Of a stretch of 64,000 nt of DNA, positions 58,200 to 64,000 are shown piece after piece; position 1 is the first letter of the stretch, and every line of letters starts with the position of its first letter. Source of the stretch: Octopus vulgaris (lineage: Eukaryota); the NCBI GenBank assembly GCA_951406725.2, contig OX597819.1:110174001-110238000 (forward strand), read 5' to 3'. The translations under genes were made by a program, and so were the position numbers. The notes beneath the pieces are model-generated. The model was not told the origin of the DNA, ran no database searches, and saw nothing but the letters and a program-made list of their open reading frames with translations.

Positions 58200-59250
58200 T
58201 ACTCTAGGCACAAGGCCCGAAAGGTTTTTGTGGTGGAAGCCAGTCGATCAGATCGAACCCAGTACACAACTGGTACTTAATTTTATCGACCCCGAAAGGA
58301 TGAAAGGAAAAGTCGACCTCGGCGGAATTTGAACTCTGAACATAAAGACAGACGAAGTACCGCTAAGCATTTCGCCCAGCGTGCTAACGTTTCTTATTTA
58401 TTTAATGCCCACAAGGGGCTACACACAGAAGGGACAAACAAGGACAGACAAACGGATTAAGTCAATTACATCGACCCCAGTGCGTAACTGGTACTTATTT
58501 AATCGACCCCGAAAGAATGAAAGGCAAAGTCGACCTCGGCGGAATTTGAACTCAGAACGTAGCGGCAGACGAAATACCTATTTCTTTACTACCCACAACA
58601 GGCTAAACACAGAAGAGACAAACAAGGACAGACAAACGGATTAAGTCGATTATATCGACCTCAGCGCGTAACTGGTACTTATTTAATCGACCCCGAAAGG
58701 GTGAAAGGTAAAGTCGACCTCGGCGGAATCTGAACTCAGAACGTAGCGGCAGACGAAATACGGCTACGCATTTCGCCCGGCGTGCTAACGTTTCTGCCAG
58801 CTCGCCGCCTTCTAAGCATTTCGCCCAGCGTGCTAACGTTTCTTATTTCTTTATTGCCCACAAGGGGCTAAACATAGAGGGGACAAACAAGGACAGACAA
58901 ACGGATTAAGTTGATTACATCGACCCCAGTGCGTAACTGGTACTTATTTAATCGACCCCGAAAGGATGAAAGGTAAAGTCGACCTCGGCAGAATTTGAAC
59001 TCAGAACGTAGCGGCAGACGAAATACCTATTTATTTACTACCCACAAGAGGCTAAACACAGAAGAGACAAACAAGGACAGACAAACGGATTAAGTCTATT
59101 ATATCGACCTCAGTGCGTAACTGGTACTTATTTAATCGACCCCGAAAGGGTGAAAGGCAAAGTCGACCTCGGCGGAATTTGAACTCAGAACGTAGCGGCA
59201 GACGAAATAACCCGGGGTGCTAACGTTTCTGTCAGCTCGCTGCCTTATAA
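58200..59250 (-). mobile_element. SINE family 2, tandemly amplified (about five ~180-bp units)
   Basis: Repeated aactggtactta...atcgaccccgaaaggatgaaaggcaaagtcgacctcggcggaatttgaactcagaac units. Confidence 0.88.
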
Positions 59251-59284
59251 AGTGAACGATATTAAAGCAACAGTACATACTTAC

Positions 59285-59391
59285 ACACATACATTTAGCC
59301 ATATCCAAAATAATCTGGTATTGTTTCCGAGTTTTCTGAAGTTCGTGTAATGTTGTCCTGATATCATCTGTTCTAACGTCAGATAAAAATT
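59285..59391 (-). CDS. BCR/ABR-like exon, PH coiled insert (EFLSDVRTDDIRTTLHELQKTRKQYQIILDMAKCMC)
   Basis: Acceptor ttttcttctttcag|, donor |gtaagt; 107 nt, phase 1->0; resembles BCR VPDEELDALKIKISQIKNDIQ. Confidence 0.72.
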
Positions 59392-60170
59392 CTGAAAGAA
59401 GAAAAGAGTAAAAGTATACGTAGCTGTGTGGTAAGAAGATTGCTTCCCTACCACATGGTTCCAGGTTCAGTCCCATTGTGTGGCACCTTGGGCAAGTGTC
59501 TTCTACTGTAGCCTCGGGCCCGCCCAAACTTGGTGTGTGGATTTGGTAGATGGAAGCTGAAAAAACTCCATCATACATGTATATAAATATATATATGTAT
59601 GTGTGTGTGTATGTTTGTGACCCATCAACGCTTGGAAACCGGTGTTGGTGTGTTTACTTTCTCGTAACCTAGCGGTTCGGCAAAAGATGTCGATAGAATA
59701 AGTACTAGGCTTCAAGAAAATGTCCCGGCGTCAATTTGTTCGACTAAAACCCTTCAAGGTGGTGCCCCAGCATGGCCGTAGTCAAAAGACTGAAGCAAGT
59801 AAAAGATAACAAATACATGTTTATTTTGTTAATTTCTAACATAGGTTGTGGTGGTGGAGGGAATAATTTTATTCTATGTATTTATGTGTAAGAAAAATAA
59901 ATGTATAAAGATAGGTTTTCACAGAATGTTTCCGCATTTATAAGTTCAACTGAATATATATTGGTATACAGTAAGCCCTCGCCATATCGCGGTTCACCTA
60001 TCGCGGTTCTACTATCGCGGTTCACCTATCGCAGTTTATTATGTAAGTTTGCGTCGACTCCTCCGTGGTGTTGTTTTGCATTTATAATAAAATAAACATA
60101 TATAAATTATAAATATAACAAAAAATATATATATATATAGTACAGTACAGGCACACACACACACACACAC

Positions 60171-60238
<68 letters not shown>

Positions 60239-61882
60239 ATTTACCTTTTAGCCTTTCTCTTTAACCCATTACTTGTTTCAGTCATTAGACCGTTGCCATG
60301 CTGGGGCACCGCTTTGAAGAACTTTAAGTCGAATGAATCGACCCTAGTACATATTTTTAGTTTAATTTTATTTATTCTATTCTGTAAGCCTGGTATTTAT
60401 TCAATCGGTTTCTTTTGCCCAAGTGCTGGGTGACGGGGGCGTAATCACACCAACACCGGTTGTCAAGCGGTGGTGGAGGACAAGCACAGACACAAAGAAA
60501 CACACACACACACACACGCGCGCGCGCGAACACACATACGACGGACTTCTTTCAGTTTCTCTCAAATCCATTCATTGACAAGGCTTTGGTCTACCTGAGA
60601 CACTTGCCCAAGGTGTCATACAGTGGGACTGAACTCAGAAACATGTGGTTAGGAAACTCAGACAGACACAAAAAAAACGGATGTGAGGTGCATTCTAACG
60701 TATTTATTGGCAGCTCATCTAACCTACGAAGAGTCAAAATCTGATGAGTCACATTCCATCTTGTACATGTTTACTTGATTACGAATCCCTAATCTGGGCT
60801 CTTTTCTCAAGCATCGGGTTTCTTAGGACCACAAACAATAGATGGTAGAAATGTTTTAACGATGATTAGTGCATCATGTACGACTGCGACAATAAATTGC
60901 CACCACTTAACTCGAGAGGGCACGGAAAGCGAAGTAGAGGCATTGATATAAAAATCAGTGTTACAAGTCATTTCTTTATTTAACCTCTGTTTTCTAAGTT
61001 GGCATGAGTTAGACGGCTTGACAGGAACTGACTAAGCCAAGGATCACACCAGGTTCCATATACTCTTTTGGTTTGGTTTCTTCCTAATACCAACCATTTT
61101 ACAGAGTATACTGGGTGTTTTTTACGGGGCACCTTTGTTTTAGGATCTCAGGCACCTTCGTTTTAAAATCTATTTTTTTCATAGATGCCTTTTCAGTTTC
61201 TACCAATTTTCATTTTCTACCAATCGAAATGAATAATAAATACATATTTTTTTTTTTAGTAGAATTAAATCACAAACATATGTCTCCATTTTGGTTTATT
61301 TCTCTCATTTCTAGTAAATTTCTATAGCTAAAACTTTCGAACAACGATAAATTTCACCAGATCTTCAACAAACACGTTATGGTGGACTACAACTATCAAG
61401 TGTTATTAAGAGATACAAGGTTAAAATATTGGAAACAAAGATATAACTGAGGAAACCGACATACAATTGTAGAAATGTATAGCTTAGTCTCTAAAAAGCA
61501 TATAAGCATAATTTTGTTTTCTTCATCAGAGACATTTCAATAAAATGGATAGAGCTTTGACATCTTTTATGCAAAAGTTAGCTACTACTTCAGTATCACA
61601 ATTATTTCCGTCATCGCCCATCAGAAAACACCACAGCACTCTCGAAGTACATTAGGTAACTGAGTGACAAACCAGAGACCACTAGTGTCTCCTGGGCAGT
61701 ATTAGATAAATCACAGACATATAAGAACGAGTAAAAATGGTGTGTACCTATCTTCAATAGGTACACACCGCTTCATCCATCACCCTACCTTAATTATTGT
61801 TAGATAACACCTCAACTGGAGATGTGGTCGGTTAAAGATTAAGTTAGAGTAAACAAAAGCAGCAATAACCATAACAGCTTAC

Positions 61883-61950
61883 CCATATCATATGTCTTGA
61901 TGGAGTCATTATCGAGCATGATTGAGTAATAGGGTTTATAACGAACCTCG
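61883..61950 (-). CDS. BCR/ABR-like exon, PH domain (EVRYKPYYSIMLDNDSIKTYDM)
   Basis: Strong polypyrimidine acceptor ttctcttactgcag|, donor |gtaagc; 68 nt, phase 2->1; loosely matches BCR QYDCKWYIPL. Confidence 0.7.
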
Positions 61951-62280
61951 CTGCAGTAAGAGAAGAGAGAAGACTGAGAAATAGAAAGATAGAGTCAATA
62001 CATGCAACTGAAGAGAAAGGGAATTGGTGGGTGAAGAGGTGAGGGTTTATATCTATTGTGGGTTGAGGGTTGTGATATTTGGGGAGATATACAGCTCTCG
62101 TGATGGCGACTTAATCATCATCATCGTCGTCCTCGTCTTCGTCGCCGTCGTTGACTTCACCCGCATCGTCCTCTTCACCATCATAATATGCGTCTACCTC
62201 ACTATAACCAGTCAATCAGTCAATCAATCAATAAATCAATCAATCAATCAATCAATCAGTTTGTCTGTCTGATTGCCTAC

Positions 62281-62413
<133 letters not shown>

Positions 62414-62492
62414 AGTCTGTCCAGTTCCTCTTTTTCTTTCTTTGTCCTGCGTATAAATGTATGTGTGTGTGCATATATTATATATACATGTG

Positions 62493-62528
<36 letters not shown>

Positions 62529-63117
62529 ACTCAAATCTGCTTGTCTCTCTATCCACCCCTTCATCTCTCTATCTGCATTGATCGAGCAATACGTGTAACC
62601 AGCCAACCTATCTTCTGGACCACTCGGCCATACCGCCTCAACCACAGAATTGGGGTAAAGAAATAAGAAACAATAAAATGAGAACAAAAAGAGAGCAAAA
62701 AATGAAGTTAGATTGAAAAAAGATAAAAATTCCTAAACTCTTACTTCTTCTCCAGGGTTGGTCGGGTGATGAAGAGGAAATTGGGAAATAAGAAGAGATA
62801 GCATAAGTATCTTTTATGGTCCAACAGATGGACAGCATAACCAGACTTGACCAGTGCCTAGATCGAAAAGAATAATACACATCATTTGAGAAACACATAA
62901 TGGGAAAGTGGGGGCGATGAGGGAGAGTGAATGGTGTATGTGTGTGTATATCTGTGTGTGCGTGTGTGTATGAATGTATGTCCACGGGCATATGGCGTAA
63001 TGGTTAAGAGCGCGGGCTACTAACCCCAAGATTCCGAGTTCAATAATGATAATAACACCAGCAATAGATATCTTGGGAATGAGAACCCAGGTTGTGTTCA
63101 AAATTCTACCAGGACAC

Positions 63118-63155
63118 CTGATGATGGCTGAAGAATAAAACAGCCGAAATGTTGT
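63118..63155 (+). ncRNA. Degenerate hammerhead-like motif
   Basis: CTGATGA-t-GGCTG-loop-CAGCC-GAAA; stem III and cleavage site unclear. Confidence 0.45.
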
Positions 63156-63502
63156 GGTAACAACAAACAAGATGAGGACACACATCCGTCCATTATAAAT
63201 AATTCTTGGGGCTTGTTTTAGCAACATGTAAGTCATCCGTTGGAGAGTGTATCAAACGGTATGACCAACTCCTAAGTGACTTGGATGGTGCTCTGATGCA
63301 ACAATACACTAATGCATTGAAGATCAGCACAAACTTGTACCGGTTTATTTTATACAAGATGAGTAAGAAATAACAATAGAAGACCGTAAGTAAATGCACA
63401 AACTTCTGCATGCATAGTACTATTGGTTGAATGGTGCAAGTCAGTTTGAAGAAAGTACTGCTATTCTCACGCTATGTCGCAATAAAGATGCAGTACTCTT
63501 AC

Positions 63503-63557
63503 CCTATGGCAATGTCTGATTTGACAAAAAAAGTTCTGATAGCTGAGCTGGCGGTAC
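63503..63557 (-). CDS. BCR/ABR-like gene, most 5' exon found in window (TASSAIRTFFVKSDIAIG), probably in the PH region
   Basis: Acceptor ttcgcaag|, donor |gtaaga; 55 nt, phase 1->2, compatible with the next exon. Protein similarity is weak. Confidence 0.5.
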
Positions 63558-64000
63558 CTTGCGAAGGTAATGAATAGGAATATGAAACGAAAGCATTAAA
63601 AATATGAAAGATATAGGAGAATCGTATTAGACACGAGGATGGCAATGTACGTCTTTTCCAGGAGAAGTGATATATTGGTTAGATCCACTATGCTCTGCTA
63701 GGTTTGAACTGGACTTGGGAGATAGAGAAAAGATGTGATTCGTGAACTGTAGAAGATAGTAGAAAATACTTTATGCTGGATATATCAGGATAAAATTAAA
63801 ATGCAGCAGTTGTTGTTTATCCGAAGGTGAGCTCCGACAGACCAGATCTATTATTATTAAAGGCGTTGCAGCTGTGACAGGCCTATCTTAATTTCAGCTT
63901 AACATGTCTTCGTTAGCAATATTCTAAGTGCCCTTTCGTTAGCCATCGTATTGTATTTGTGAAAGATTTTGATTGGCTGCTGTTTCTAGCGTGTCGTATT

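Noticed and set aside
58200-59250. Repeat-spacer appearance resembling CRISPR
   Set aside because: Eukaryotic context; units are ~180-bp SINE-derived repeats without unique spacers, and there are no cas genes.
63650-63747. Possible further upstream exon FTNHIFSLSPK...
   Set aside because: Weak donor and phase 0, incompatible with the phase-1 exon at 63557.

Overview
AT-rich, microsatellite-saturated animal genomic DNA. The SINE families and the (TA)n/(CA)n/(CATA)n density suggest a coleoid cephalopod, probably Octopus (inference). Almost all listed ORFs are microsatellite noise. Hidden on the minus strand is one large spliced gene that I assembled by hand from GT-AG exons with continuous phase: 15 internal exons from 63557 down to 30378, encoding a divergent BCR/ABR-like PH-C2-RhoGAP protein whose 5' part, probably including the DH domain, lies beyond the window. 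Its RhoGAP domain lacks the arginine finger and other signature residues, so it is a probable pseudo-GAP. It has two homologous, phase-compatible terminal exons 13 kb apart (15555-15210 and 2645-1790) with different Lys-rich repetitive tails. The introns hold decayed Tc1/mariner, pogo, Penelope and Dong/R4-like elements, several tRNA-derived SINE families, long palindromes and many hammerhead-ribozyme motifs. One hammerhead pair forms a 525-bp tandem repeat resembling a retrozyme. An inverted SINE pair brackets a frame-neutral two-microexon cassette. All alignments were done by eye; no database search was run.
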